64,000 bases of DNA from Eledone cirrhosa (GCA_964016885.1 OZ024756.1:5828001-5892000); one strand, 5' to 3'. Shown: positions 45,758 through 61,437, counted from the stretch's first letter. The notes: generated by a model not told the origin, from the sequence alone. Translations and numbers: made by a program.

Positions 45758-46405
45758 ACTATCAGTGGTACCCGGGATAAGGTATTTTGGAACGCGGGCC
45801 GCCACCAGACCTAATAGTGGAAAAACTGCATGTCTGGACAATATGTAAAGAAAATAAACCGGATACTCTGATGGCTGGATAATCTTTAAGATTTTCCTCG
45901 ATGAAGTCGGAAAAATGCAGGTTTTCACCTAATGCGGGGCCCTAGGGGATCAAGAAAATGAATTCTTTTTTTATGTGCATAATATGCCTTGAAATTTCGG
46001 GAAAATCGGCTATACGTAACGCCTCAAAAAGCTCTAAGAAGCTGAAATGAAAAAATGAAGTTTTTCACCTAATGCGGGCTCTAAGCCATAGAAAAGTTGG
46101 ATTTTCTTTGCTCACGGTATAAAGAAGAGATTGACTAATACATAATTACAATTTGAAGGAAATCGGTCTGACGTAACGCCTAAAAAAAACCCTAAAAAGC
46201 TGAAAAAAAACGCAGTTTTTCACCTAATGCGGGCCCTAGGGGATGAAAAAAAGTTGAATTTTTTAATGTCCATAGCACTCCCTGAAACATAAGTAATACA
46301 CATGTAAAGTTTGAAAAAGATCGGTTGGGTACTTCTAGAGTTTTAGGGATTCAAACTCTCTCTCACACACACACAGACATACATCCTCAGTTTTATATAT
46401 ATAGA
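45758..46405 (+). mobile_element. Putative non-autonomous Helitron-like (Lep1-type) element with internal subrepeats
   Basis: Begins next to (TA)n. TTTTCACCTAATGCGGG repeats at about 45922, 46063 and 46217. Ends AAGTTTGAA..ATCGG...(CA/CAGA)n...CTCAGTTTTATATATATAG. Family assignment is from remembered architecture only. Confidence 0.45.
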
Positions 46406-46559
46406 AGATATACACACACACTATATATACATACACACACACAGGTAGCGTCATAATGGTGTAATTCAGACAACCAGACATACAGACAGATATTATAAGG
46501 TTGCGACGTTGTAACTATGTACCTATCTAAAAAGACAGACTAAGGAAAAGAGAGTGAGA

Positions 46560-46736
46560 TCGCTAAATCGCCTAATGCGGTCCCTAGGGCATTGAACATT
46601 GGAAATATTATTTGTTCAAAACATTCACAAGACCATAAGTATTACATGTGTAAAGTTTGAAAACAATCGGTTGGGTGGTTCTCGAGTTTTAGGGAGTCAG
46701 ACAGACTGACAGACATTCTCAGTTTTAGATATATAG
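46560..46736 (+). mobile_element. Second, partial copy of the same element (3' end)
   Basis: CCTAATGCGG...TAAAGTTTGAAAACAATCGGTTGGGT...CAGACAGAC...CTCAGTTTTAGATATATAG parallels 46223-46405. Confidence 0.6.
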
Positions 46737-46854
46737 CTTACACAAACAATTGTCTATATTTCACAGTGTATCTTATACACAACAGAGAATGTCTGTGGAT
46801 GTCTTGCATTGGATATGGAATAGTCCATGTTAAACGGGTAGTTAAGGCTAGTCT

Positions 46855-47490
46855 TGTCTCATTCTCTTTCTACCTCTGTCTTTCTCTCTCTCTTTCTCCC
46901 TCTTTCTCTTTGTCTCTCTCTCTCTATCTATCTTTCTCTCTCTCTCAATCTATCTTTCTCTCTCCTTCTCTCTCTCTCTCTACCTTTCCCTTTCTCTCTC
47001 TCTCTCTATCTATCTTTTTCTGTTCTTCTCTCTCTCCCTCTCAACCTTTCCCTTTCTCTATCTCTCTCTCTCTATCTATCTTTTTCTGTTCTCTCTCTCC
47101 CTCTCAACCTTTCCCTTTCTCTATCTCTCTGTTTCTATCTTTCTTTTTCTCTCTGACTGCCTGTCTATCTCTCTGTCTCTCTCTGTTTCACCCCCTATCT
47201 CTATCTTTCTATCTTATTATCTCTTCTTATCTCTCTTTATCTTTCTCTCTTCTTCTCCCTCTCTATCTTTCCCTCTTCTTCTCTCTCTCTCTCCTCTGTC
47301 TTTCTCTTTCTCCCTATCTACCTGTCTATTTTTCTGTCTCTCTCTGTTTCACTCCCTCTCTCTATATTTCCCTCTCATCCCTCCTCTCTCTCTCTCTCTC
47401 TCTCTCCTCTCTCTGTCTACCTGTCTATATTTCTCTTTCACTCGCTCTCTGTCCACCACCTCTCTCTCACTCTTTTCTAATTCATCTCCC
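46855..47490. repeat. Degenerate (CT)n polypyrimidine tract
   Basis: Directly visible simple sequence. Confidence 0.95.
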
Positions 47491-48288
47491 TTAGACTCTG
47501 TTGAACTACAACATGAGAAAAAACTTTGCCGGAACACTCACAAGGCACTTTCTTTTCAAATTAACCATTACCATTGGTCACGATGGTCGGTTTTCTATTT
47601 ACCCTTTACAGTGTTACTTTGACTGAAAACCTTTCTTACATTTCTGTAAAGTCGTTGAAACTAAGTCTACACAAAAAGTACTTAAATAGACAAATTCTAG
47701 AAACGTCTTGTAAAAAGTTGTTTTTGTAAAAAAGCAATCAGTGAGAAATTATTTAGATTTTAATATCGATGAGATAAAACAACATAGAGATGGTCACATC
47801 CATTGTTAAAGAATATTGGTCTGGTAGTCATTAGTATGGAAGACTATATATTATGGTAATTGCGCCAAAGACATTGATTTGTTCACAAATCTAAGATATA
47901 TGAATGGCTTACAAGATAAGGTAAACGTTCTCTTATCAGACTATCTGATATCCGCTGGACGTTCAAAGAATCCAATAAAATGTATTAATATTTATTGATA
48001 ATTTTTCTTTTGTTTGGAGGATTACTGAGATAAAATATTTTACACAGCCATTTAAATGTATATTTTTCTTTTCATTTCTTTAAACAATGTAATTGGTAAA
48101 ATATTTAATACATCTATTTATCGCCACGTCTCCCCCTTTCAATTTCTATATTCATGCATAAATATATGTACGCACGCGCGCGCGCATGTGTGTGTTTGTG
48201 TGCTTCGCGGGTTCAATCGTGGGTAACCACAGTAACTAAAGTACTCAATACATAGAAGAGCATGAATATTTAATTTAGAAATTGGTTT

Positions 48289-48378
48289 TACAGGACTAGA
48301 AATGTTTCATTCGAAAGAAATCATCAGGAAAGCCGTTTCCTGATGATTTCCTTCGAATGAAACAGTTCTAGTGCTGTA
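48289..48378. repeat. 43-bp inverted repeat with a 4-nt loop; each arm carries CTGATGA...GAAAC
   Basis: Arms 48289-48331 and 48336-48378, 3 mismatches, loop GCCG. Confidence 0.9.
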
Positions 48379-48507
48379 GAAGTAATTTATATATTAAATA
48401 TATATAGGAAAACGTTTGACACCGTTCCTATTACCCACTCTACTACCCTAAGTATTGAGTACTCTGGTGCGGTATGGCCCATCTGATTCCTTACCACACA
48501 TCCTTCG

Positions 48508-52876
<4,369 letters not shown>

Positions 52877-52932
52877 TTTGAATCTAATTTCGGCGCGAAC
52901 AGGTTGAAAAACTAGATGTCTGATTTTGAGTT

Positions 52933-53011
52933 TGTCTCCTGATGAATCCTAACCCAGGAAATTCTTATTAATTGGATGTCTAAAAATACGGATGAAACCA
53001 TGGTAGAGATA
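52933..53011 (+). ncRNA. Type I hammerhead ribozyme, family C copy 1
   Basis: Stem I TGTCTC/GAGATA; CTGATGA 52939-45; stem II ATCC/GGAT closing a long loop; GAAA 52994-97; palindromic stem III ACCATGGT; GUA triplet. Confidence 0.8.
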
Positions 53012-53589
53012 TAATTACGGTATGTACACATTTCTTCTAAGTTTAATTTTACAACTAATTGTGTATGGTTGATGATATATTTAGTCAGTTTCCACATGCT
53101 GTCGAAATGTTGGATAAATATACTATATTGGGGCCACCGCGAAGAGGCCACTTTCGGTTATTTGTCGAAGATTTCTTCATAAGAGCCTTTCTTCTTATAG
53201 CTTGGTCTAATTGATTTTTATATGGTTAATTATGCTAATTGGAAGAAGAAACGGTATATATTTTATCTAATAATTCTAAAGACATGATTTATGATATATT
53301 GCTCTGATTATTTAATTTATTAATTCTTCATAGAGCTTAAAAGTGACCGGTTGCAACATATATATCTATAACTTTATGTATATGTAAAACTTTATATTTA
53401 ATAATCTCCCGTTAGGTTGAGATTAAATTTGGCGATATTTGGCTGCGCTTTCTAGCAACAAGCCTTCCCGCCGTAAGCAGCCAATCACATTCTTTCTAAC
53501 TTGACCACAGCCACATAGCGATTCTTAGCCATCTTTGAATCTAATTTCGGCGCGATCAGGTTGAAAAACTAGATGTCTGATTTTGAGTT

Positions 53590-53668
53590 TTGCTCCTGAT
53601 GAATCCTAACTCAGGACATTCCTATTAATTGGATGTCTAAAAATACGGATGAAACCATGGTAGAGATA
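53590..53668 (+). ncRNA. Type I hammerhead ribozyme, family C copy 2 (weaker stem I)
   Basis: CTGATGA 53596-602; ATCC/GGAT; GAAA-CCATGG-TA 53651-62; stem I CTC/GAG. Confidence 0.7.
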
Positions 53669-53951
53669 TAATTACGGTATGTACACATTTCTTCTAAGTT
53701 TAATTTTACAACTAATTGTGTATGGTTGATGATATATTTAGTCAGTTTCTACATGCCGTCGAAATGTTGGATAAATATACTATATTGGGGCCACCGCGAA
53801 GAGGCCACTTTCGGTTATTTGTCGAAGATTTCTTCATAAGAGCCTTTCTTCTTATAGCTTGGTCTAATTGATTTTTTATATGGTTAATTATGCTAATTGG
53901 AAGAAGAAACGGTATATATTTTATCTAATAATTCTAAAGACATGATTTATG

Positions 53952-54018
<67 letters not shown>

Positions 54019-54050
54019 GAAGTGGTTACACAACAGTTAGTTCACCACAC

Positions 54051-54087
54051 CGAGAAAAATTGTTTCACCTTACGGATCCTCAGCTCG
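54051..54087 (-). ncRNA. Degenerate minimal HHR in the Penelope pLTR
   Basis: Minus strand reads CGAG-CTGAGGA-TCC-gtaa-GGT-GAAA-CAATTT-TT-CTCG. Stem I CGAG/CTCG; stem III appears mutated. Confidence 0.6.
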
Positions 54088-54255
54088 TAATGGACATGGT
54101 TATACGGAACAGGAAGGTAAACAGTACGGACGCCCATGCGCAGAAACCATCACTTCACTCAGGCAATACTAAATTGCGTGCGAGAGGTGTAAGGGAGATA
54201 ACTGCGAAAGTCCGAAAGTTTCTATTTGATAAGAAAATTAGGATGTTGTTGTAAT

Positions 54256-54989
54256 TCAATCCAGAGCTTTGTAGTTATGTAAGAGGTGTTTGCAGACGTG
54301 TGGACAACGTGTGAAGAAATCATTTTTCGTGTTTAGGCAATCACTATTGCGTAATCTCTTTAGAATATTTATTCGTTCATCAATACATAGTCCACACAAC
54401 GGATTGTCCCTTGCATATGGCTTGGACTTAGTGATGGCTTTCCATTGAATGGAGTAGTCTATACTTGAGTCCTTGATGGACAATACGTGGCTCGCGAGTT
54501 TTGTGGATGAACGTCTGTCCGGGTACCTAAAGTTCGACTGTTGGTTCAGGAAACGTTCCTTAAATCGGCTCTCCGCCATACCCACGTAGGATTTGACATC
54601 CTGTGGTTGATTTGGTCTGTTGGAAGTGACCACAACTTCATAAAATACAGCGGGTGCGTTGCATTGATGTTGAAGGGGACAAGATTTGGGCTTACGGCAA
54701 GAGCACCCTGGTGGGGTGTTGCTCTTAGGGCTGCTTTCATGTTCTTAGCGCAGGAGTGTACTAGTTTTACTTGGGGTCGGTTAAAGATGGAGCGGTATTT
54801 ATGACCTATGGGAAAGGGTCTATCTAAGAGGACTAGAAATGTTTTGCCTACATTGGTATTAACGTTGAGTGAGAAGGGAGGAGAGAACCAGATAGTGTGT
54901 ATATTGTTACGCTTTCTTTCCTTATTGCTGTTGTTGTTAGTGGGAGAGTAAGTGATAGGTTGCGAGAAGCCGCTATTAGCTTCTCGCAA
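54256..54989 (-). pseudogene. Frameshifted C-terminal part of the Penelope ORF (linker and GIY-YIG nuclease)
   Basis: ORFs 54546-54989 and 54256-54633 encode consecutive parts of one protein in different frames. The RT core is absent. Confidence 0.85.
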
Positions 54990-55152
54990 ACAGGGAAGAT
55001 AAAGCTGACAGAGTTGTTTCGTACATTTTGGTACTTATCAAAGCTAACGACAATAGCGTAAGGTCTTCGAAATGCTTATAATTAAGCATACAGTGTATTT
55101 CAAAATAAACTGTATATGCTTTCATATATTTACCGCTATTTCAGAACACCAA

Positions 55153-55217
<65 letters not shown>

Positions 55218-55383
55218 AATTAATATTTAGTAACATATATATACATACAGATGCATATCAATGCTAGCAAATATATAGGTTTTGTCTTAGTAGCTTTGTG
55301 GTTCAATGCATGGGGTTGCAGAACAATAATATGAGAGACGTAAAGAAGAAAATTATAAAATTAACTTACTTACTAAAATATCA

Positions 55384-55463
55384 CTTCCAACTAATTAGTT
55401 TCTGGAATGGAATAAATATGTTTTCCGAAGAAGACATAGCGAATCATTGCGTCGTCAGGGAAG
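55384..55463 (-). ncRNA. Type I HHR, family A
   Basis: Reverse complement of the motif at 56376-56455. Confidence 0.8.
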
Positions 55464-55905
55464 ACTATTCTCATCTAAGTATCCAGGCAAAGCGTGGACC
55501 TTGGAAACTTATTAAAAAATAATTCAGTGGATAGAAAATAGCAAAGCGTGGACTGAATTCCTAGCCATTGAGAAAATCACTGCCTCTGCGCCGGTGTCAA
55601 ATTCAAAAAGAATCAATCACGTGACATCGAGGTCAATCAGTGGAAAGTGGTTTGCTAATAAGACGGCGGCCTGCCTGCTACCATAGCAGCAGTCATGGCC
55701 AATATTGCTCGACAAATAATTTGGAGATAATTATAAAGAATTAATATTTAGTAACATATATATACATACAGATGCATATCAATGCTAGCAAATATATGGG
55801 TTTTGTCTTAGTAGCTTTGTGGTTCAATGCATGGGGTTGCAGAACAATAATATGAGAGACGTAAAATAAGAAAATTATAAAATTAACTTACTTACTAAAA
55901 TATCA

Positions 55906-55985
55906 CTTCCAACTAATTAGTTTCTGGAATGGAATAAATATATTTTCCGAAGAAGACATGGAGAATCATTGCGTCGTCAGGGAAG
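55906..55985 (-). ncRNA. Type I HHR, family A
   Basis: Reverse complement of the motif at 56376-56455. Confidence 0.8.
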
Positions 55986-56375
55986 ACTATTCTCATCTAA
56001 GTATCCAGGCAAAGCTTGGACTCTGGAAACGTATTAAAAAATAATTCAGTGAAAGCAAAGAGTGGACTGAATTCCTAGCCATTGAGAAAATCACTGCCTT
56101 CTTTATAATTGTCTCCAAATTATTTGTCGAGCAATATTGGCCATGACTGCTGCTATGGTAGCAGGCAGGCCGCTGTCTTATTAGCAAACCACTTTCCACT
56201 GATTGACCTCGATGTCACGTGATTGATTCTTTTTGAATTTGCCACCGACGCAGAGGCAGTGATTTTCCCAATGGCTAGGAATTCAGTCCACGCTTTGCTA
56301 TTTTCTATCCATTGAATTATTTTTTAATAGGTTTCCAGAGTCCACGCTTTGCCTGGATACTTAGATGAGAATAGT

Positions 56376-56455
56376 CTTCCCTGACGACGCAATGATTCTC
56401 CATGTCTTCTTCGGAAAATATATTTATTCCATTCCAGAAACTAATTAGTTGGAAG
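56376..56455 (+). ncRNA. Type I HHR, family A
   Basis: Stem I CTTCC/GGAAG; CTGACGA 56381-87; stem II GCAATG/CATTCC extended by a hairpin with a C(TTCG)G loop; GAAA 56437-40; palindromic ACTAATTAGT; GUU triplet. Confidence 0.82.
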
Positions 56456-56897
56456 TGATATTTTAGTAAGTAAGTTAATTTTATAATTTTCTTATTTTAC
56501 GTCTCTCATATTATTGTTCTGCAACCCCATGCATTGAACCACAAAGCTACTAAGACAAAACCCATATATTTGCTAGCATTGATATGCATCTGTATGTATA
56601 TATATGTTACTAAATATTAATTCTTTATAATTATCTCCAAATTATTTGTCGAGCAATATTGGCCATGACTGCTGCTATGGTAGCAGGCAGGCCGCTGTCT
56701 TATTAGCAAAGCACTTTCCACTGATTGACCTCGATGCCACGTGATTGATTCTTTTTGAATTTGCCACCGACGCAGAGGCAGTGATTTTTTCAATGGCTAG
56801 GAATTCAGTCCACGCTTTGCTATTTTCTATCCACTGAATTATTTTTTAATAAGTTTCCAGAGTCCACGCTTTGCCTGGATACTTAGATGAGAATAGT

Positions 56898-56977
56898 CTT
56901 CCCTGACGACGCAATGATTCGCCATGTCTTCTTCGGAAAATATATTTATTCCATTCCAGAAACTAATTAGTTGGAAG
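56898..56977 (+). ncRNA. Type I HHR, family A
   Basis: Same motif; CTGACGA 56903-09, GAAA 56959-62. Confidence 0.82.
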
Positions 56978-57058
56978 TGATATTTTAGTAAGTAAGTTAA
57001 TTTTATAATTTTCTTATTTTACGTTTCTCATATTATTGTTCTGCAACCCCATGCATTG

Positions 57059-58824
57059 TACCGCTTACACTGAGGCCAGAGATGAGGCACTGATAGAGAA
57101 GATAAGAAGTGTGGGGAGAGCGGTTGACAGATCTGGATGTAAGGAGAGCTGGATGATCATCAACGAGATCACAGGGAGGAAGAGAAGGTGTTCCAGTCAG
57201 ATCCAGGGAACGGGGCACGAGGATAGGAAGAGGAAATGGCTAGACCATTTTAGGACCCTACTAGGAGAGCCACCCTCCACAGCCCAAAGCACTGGGGAGA
57301 TCAGGCGGCTGTTTGAGGAACTGGATATTGAGGCAGAGCCCTTCACCAGAGAGGATCTTAAGAGAGCCAAGAAGAGGATCAAGGAGGGCAAGGCTCAGGG
57401 AGAAGATGGAGTGGCATCAGAGGTGATGAAGAGGTGTGATTTTGATGATATCATCCTGGGGTTCTGTTACCCCGAATCAGGGGAGGATCAGTAACATCGT
57501 CCCAGTGCCAAAGAAGGGAGATCTCTCTAACACCAACAACTACAGGGGGATCTCACTGACGACACGTGTGGTAAAGACCCTCAACAGGATGATTCTTAAC
57601 AGGATCCAGCCTGAGGTGGAGAAGAAGCTCAGGGACAACCAGAACGGCTTCAGAGAGGGAAGATCAACCACCAGTCACATCCTGATGCTGAGGAGCATAT
57701 TAGAGGGAGCTAGAGCAAAGTGCCTTCCTGCGGTCATGGTTTTCATTGACTTTAGGAAGGCCTTTGATTTTGTGGACCGTCACTGCCTGATGAAGATCTT
57801 ACAGGCTTATGGAATCCCCAAGAGGACAGTGGACCTGATATCACTGCTCTACACCAACACTAAAGCCCAAGTCATTACACCTGATGGGATGACAGAGTTC
57901 TTTGAGATGCTGGCTGAAGTGTTCCAGGGAGATACATCGGCTCCCTACATTTTTATCATCGTAGTGTACTATTGTATGCGCCTTGCACTGGAGAAACACC
58001 AGGACACTGGCTTTACAGTAGAACCGGCTCAGAGCAGGAGAGTTAAGGCGAAAAAGGTATCAGATGCTGAATTTGCCGACGACATAGTTTTGGTGACAAA
58101 TACAGTGAAGGAGGCAGAGGATTTGATGCAGGAGGTTGAGACTGTGTCGATGAGTGTGGGGCTGAGAATGAATGAGACTAAAACAAAATATCTGGTAGAG
58201 AATGTTGAGAAGCAGGAGGAGATCACTAATATAGGCGGGAAGCTGCTAGAATTGGTTGAGGACTTCCTGTATTTGGGAGCAAAGATTGGGAATACGGAAG
58301 ATGATGTGGCTGAGAGGAAGAGCAAAGCCTGGGCGGCGTGTCACAGGTTGAGATCGGTGTGGAAGTCGAACCTTCGTGAAGACCTGAAAATCCGCCTCTT
58401 CATTGCTTTAGTGGAGTCTGTGCTGCTGTACGGGTCTGAGACTTGGACACTGACCAAGGAACTCACTCAGATGGTGGATGAGTGCTACACGAGAATGCTG
58501 AGGATGGCTCTGAACATTAATCAGCATACACTGAGGCTGAAAAACTCAGAGCTGTATGGGAGTCTCCCAAAAGTCAGCTCAACTGTGACACAGAGGAGAC
58601 TGAGGTTAGCTGGACATGCTCACCGACATCCAGAGTTGACATTGCACTCAGTGGTCCTGTGGGAGCCCCTACATGAACACACTGGAAGAGGAAGACCAAG
58701 GTTAACGTATGTTGATGCCCTAAGGACAGACACTGGTCTGTTGGAGACGAAGAACATGGCAGCGATAATGAGGGACAGAGACCGCTGGAGAGAACTCGTC
58801 CATGGATCTCGGGAATTTTACCCG

Positions 58825-58827
<3 letters not shown>
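57059..58827 (+). mobile_element. 5'-truncated RTE-type LINE (RT domain and C terminus), frameshifted near 57470, ending in (TA)n
   Basis: PVPKKGDL..NYRGISL, QNGFREGRST, FIDFRKAFD, QGD, FADD, FLYLG, LLYGSETW, RRLRLAGH, GRGRPR..DRDRW. Confidence 0.88.
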
Positions 58828-58871
<44 letters not shown>

Positions 58872-58945
58872 AAAATGGAACGGGAACAAAACATAGAAGC
58901 AATAAAAACAAAGGTTTATTAGTTTCACGCTCTTGAGTGTAGGGG

Positions 58946-58992
<47 letters not shown>

Positions 58993-59165
58993 ACTAACAT
59001 AGGCGCACAGATGCACGTCCATGCCAGCAAATACACAGGTTATGTCATAGTACCTAGGTGGTTCAATGCAGGAGGGTGCAGAACTATAATATAAAAGACG
59101 TAAAATAAGAAAATATTTTTTAAAAAATTTTTTAAAAAGTTTTTTACTTACTTACTTAAATTTTC

Positions 59166-59247
59166 ACTCCAACTAATTAGTTTCTGCAATGGGATAAAGA
59201 CAGTTACATAATCCAACTGTCGAGAATTCATTGCGTCATCAGGGAGT
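59166..59247 (-). ncRNA. Type I HHR, family B
   Basis: Reverse complement of the motif at 61693-61774. Confidence 0.82.
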
Positions 59248-59724
59248 CTATTCTCAGCTGAGCCTCCAGGCAATGCGCGGACACTAGCGGCTCATATAAA
59301 AATAATAATTCGGTAGAAAGAACCGCTAGGCGAGGACTGGATTCTATGTACTGAAATTCTCACTGCTTCCAGTCAAATGGCCGATTCTAAAGAATCAATC
59401 ACGTGACATAGAGGCTAGTTAGAAGGAATGGGATGGTAAGATGACTGACGCCTACTAACACCCCAACAAAAAAATTTTGAAGTGGTTTTGGCAGGTTTGC
59501 TCGACAAATCAGTGATTTGGAGATAAATATAGATAATTTAATATATCAACTAACATAGGCGCACAGATGCACGTCCATGCCAGCAAATACACAGGTTATG
59601 TCATAGCATCTAGGTGGTTCAATGCAGGAGGGTGCAGAACAATAATATAAAAGACGTAAAATAAGAAAATATTTTTTAAAAAATTTAAAAAAAAATTTTT
59701 TTTTACTTACTTACTTAAATTTTC

Positions 59725-59806
59725 ACTCCAACTAATTAGTTTCTGCAATGGGATAAAGACAGTTACATAATCCAACTGTCGAGAATTCATTGCGTCATCA
59801 GGGAGT
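59725..59806 (-). ncRNA. Type I HHR, family B
   Basis: Reverse complement of the motif at 61693-61774. Confidence 0.82.
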
Positions 59807-60280
59807 CTATTCTCAGCTGAGCCTCCAGGCAATGCGCGGACACTGGCGGCTCATATAAAAATAATAATTCGGTAGAAAGAACAGCTAGGCGAGGACTGGA
59901 TTCTATGTACTGAAATTCTCACTGCTTCCAGTCAAATGGCCGATTCTAAAGAATCAATCACGTGACATAGAGGCTAGTTAGAAGGAATGGGATGGTAAGA
60001 TGACTGACGCCTACTAACACCCCAACAAAAAAATTTTGAAGTGGTTTTGGCAGGTTTGCTCGACAAATCAGTGATTTGGAGATAAATATAGATAATTTAA
60101 TATATCAACTAACATAGGCGCACAGATGCACGTCCATGCCAGCAAATACACAGGTTATGTCATAGTACCTAGGTGGTTCAATGCAGGAGGGTGCAGAACA
60201 ATAATATAAAAGACGTAAAATAAGAAAATATTTTTTAAAAAATTTTAAAAAATTTTTTTTACTTACTTACTTAAATTTTC

Positions 60281-60362
60281 ACTCCAACTAATTAGTTTCT
60301 GCAATGGGATAAAGACAGTTACATAATCCAACTGTCGAGAATTCATTGCGTCATCAGGGAGT
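60281..60362 (-). ncRNA. Type I HHR, family B
   Basis: Reverse complement of the motif at 61693-61774. Confidence 0.82.
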
Positions 60363-60837
60363 CTATTCTCAGCTGAGCCTCCAGGCAATGCGCGGACACT
60401 GGCGGCTCATATAAAAATAATAATTCGGTAGAAAGAACAGCTAGGCGAGGACTGGATTCTATGTACTGAAATTCTCACTGCTTCCAGTCAAATGGCCGAT
60501 TCTAAAGAATCAATCACGTGACATAGAGGCTAGTTAGAAGGAATGGGATGGTAAGATGACTGACGCCTACTAACACCCCAAAAAAAATTTTGAAGTGGTT
60601 TTGGCAGGTTTGCTCGACAAATCAGTGATTTGGAGATAAATATAGATAATTTAATATATCAACTAACATAGGCGCACAGATGCACGTCCATGCCAGCAAA
60701 TACACAGGTTATGTCATAGCATCTAGGTGGTTCAATGCAGGAGGGTGCAGAACAATAATATAAAAGACGTAAAATAAGAAAATATTTTTAAAAAATGTTA
60801 AAAAACATTTTTTTTTTACTTACTTACTTACATTTTC

Positions 60838-60919
60838 ACTCCAACTAATTAGTTTCTGCAATGGGATAAAGACAGTTACATAATCCAACTGTCGAGAATT
60901 CATTGCGTCATCAGGGAGT
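60838..60919 (-). ncRNA. Type I HHR, family B
   Basis: Reverse complement of the motif at 61693-61774. Confidence 0.82.
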
Positions 60920-61391
60920 CTATTCTCAGCTGAGCCTCCAGGCAATGCGCGGACACTGGCGGCTCATATAAAAATAATAATTCGGTAGAAAGAACAGCTA
61001 GGCGAGGACTGGATTCTATGTACTGAAATTCTCACTGCTTCCAGTCAAATGGCCGATTCTAAAGAATCAATCACGTGACATAGAGGCTAGTTAGAAGGAA
61101 TGGGATGGTAAGATGACTGACGCCTACTAACACCCCAAAAAAAATTTTGAAGTGGTTTTGGCAGGTTTGCTCGACAAATCAGTGATTTGGAGATAAATAT
61201 AGATAATTTAATATATCAACTAACATAGGCGCACAGATGCACGTCCATGCCAGCAAATACACAGGTTATCTCATAGTACCTAGGTGGTTCAATGCAGGAG
61301 GGTGCAGAACAATAATATAAAAGACGTAAATTAAGAAAATATTTTTTTAAAAATTTTTTAAAAATTTTTTTACTTACTTACTTAAATTTTC

Positions 61392-61437
61392 ACTCCAACT
61401 AATTAGTTTCTGAGAATTCATTGCGTCATCAGGGAGT
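61392..61437 (-). pseudogene. Family B HHR with an approximately 36-bp deletion removing most of stem II
   Basis: GTTTCTG is joined directly to AGAATTCATTGCG; CAATGGGATAAAGACAG...CTGTCG is missing. Confidence 0.75.

Larger units (their letters stand above)
52877..53957 (+). mobile_element. HHR-bearing direct repeat, family C: one 657-bp unit plus a partial (about 420 bp) copy, between (TA)n tracts; Penelope pLTR or retrozyme-like
   Basis: 52877-53298 is repeated near-identically from 53534 (offset 657). Each copy has an HHR. Confidence 0.8.
54017..54990 (-). mobile_element. 5'-truncated Penelope-like element (Neptune-type Cys linker, GIY-YIG endonuclease) with 3' pLTR
   Basis: WFSPPFSLNVNTNVGKTFL..IFNR..VKLVHSC post-RT motif, then a frameshift to CSCRKPKSCPLQHQC, VFY..SYVG, FKERF, CGLC..E and CLN..RCPH. 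Confidence 0.88.
55213..57058. mobile_element. Family A: about 522-bp HHR-containing tandem repeat, about 1.7 units then about 1.8 inverted units (junction about 56099)
   Basis: Period 521-522 (55214 vs 55735; 56376 vs 56898). Sequence after 56100 is the reverse complement of the left arm. Confidence 0.92.

Noticed and set aside
47494-47930. Possible host exon after the polypyrimidine tract
   Set aside because: The frames I checked contain stops and no recognisable domain.
59196-59207. AAAGACAGTTAC in the family B HHR loop matches the satellite monomer
   Set aside because: Only 12 bp of AT-rich identity, with no flanking similarity; likely coincidence.
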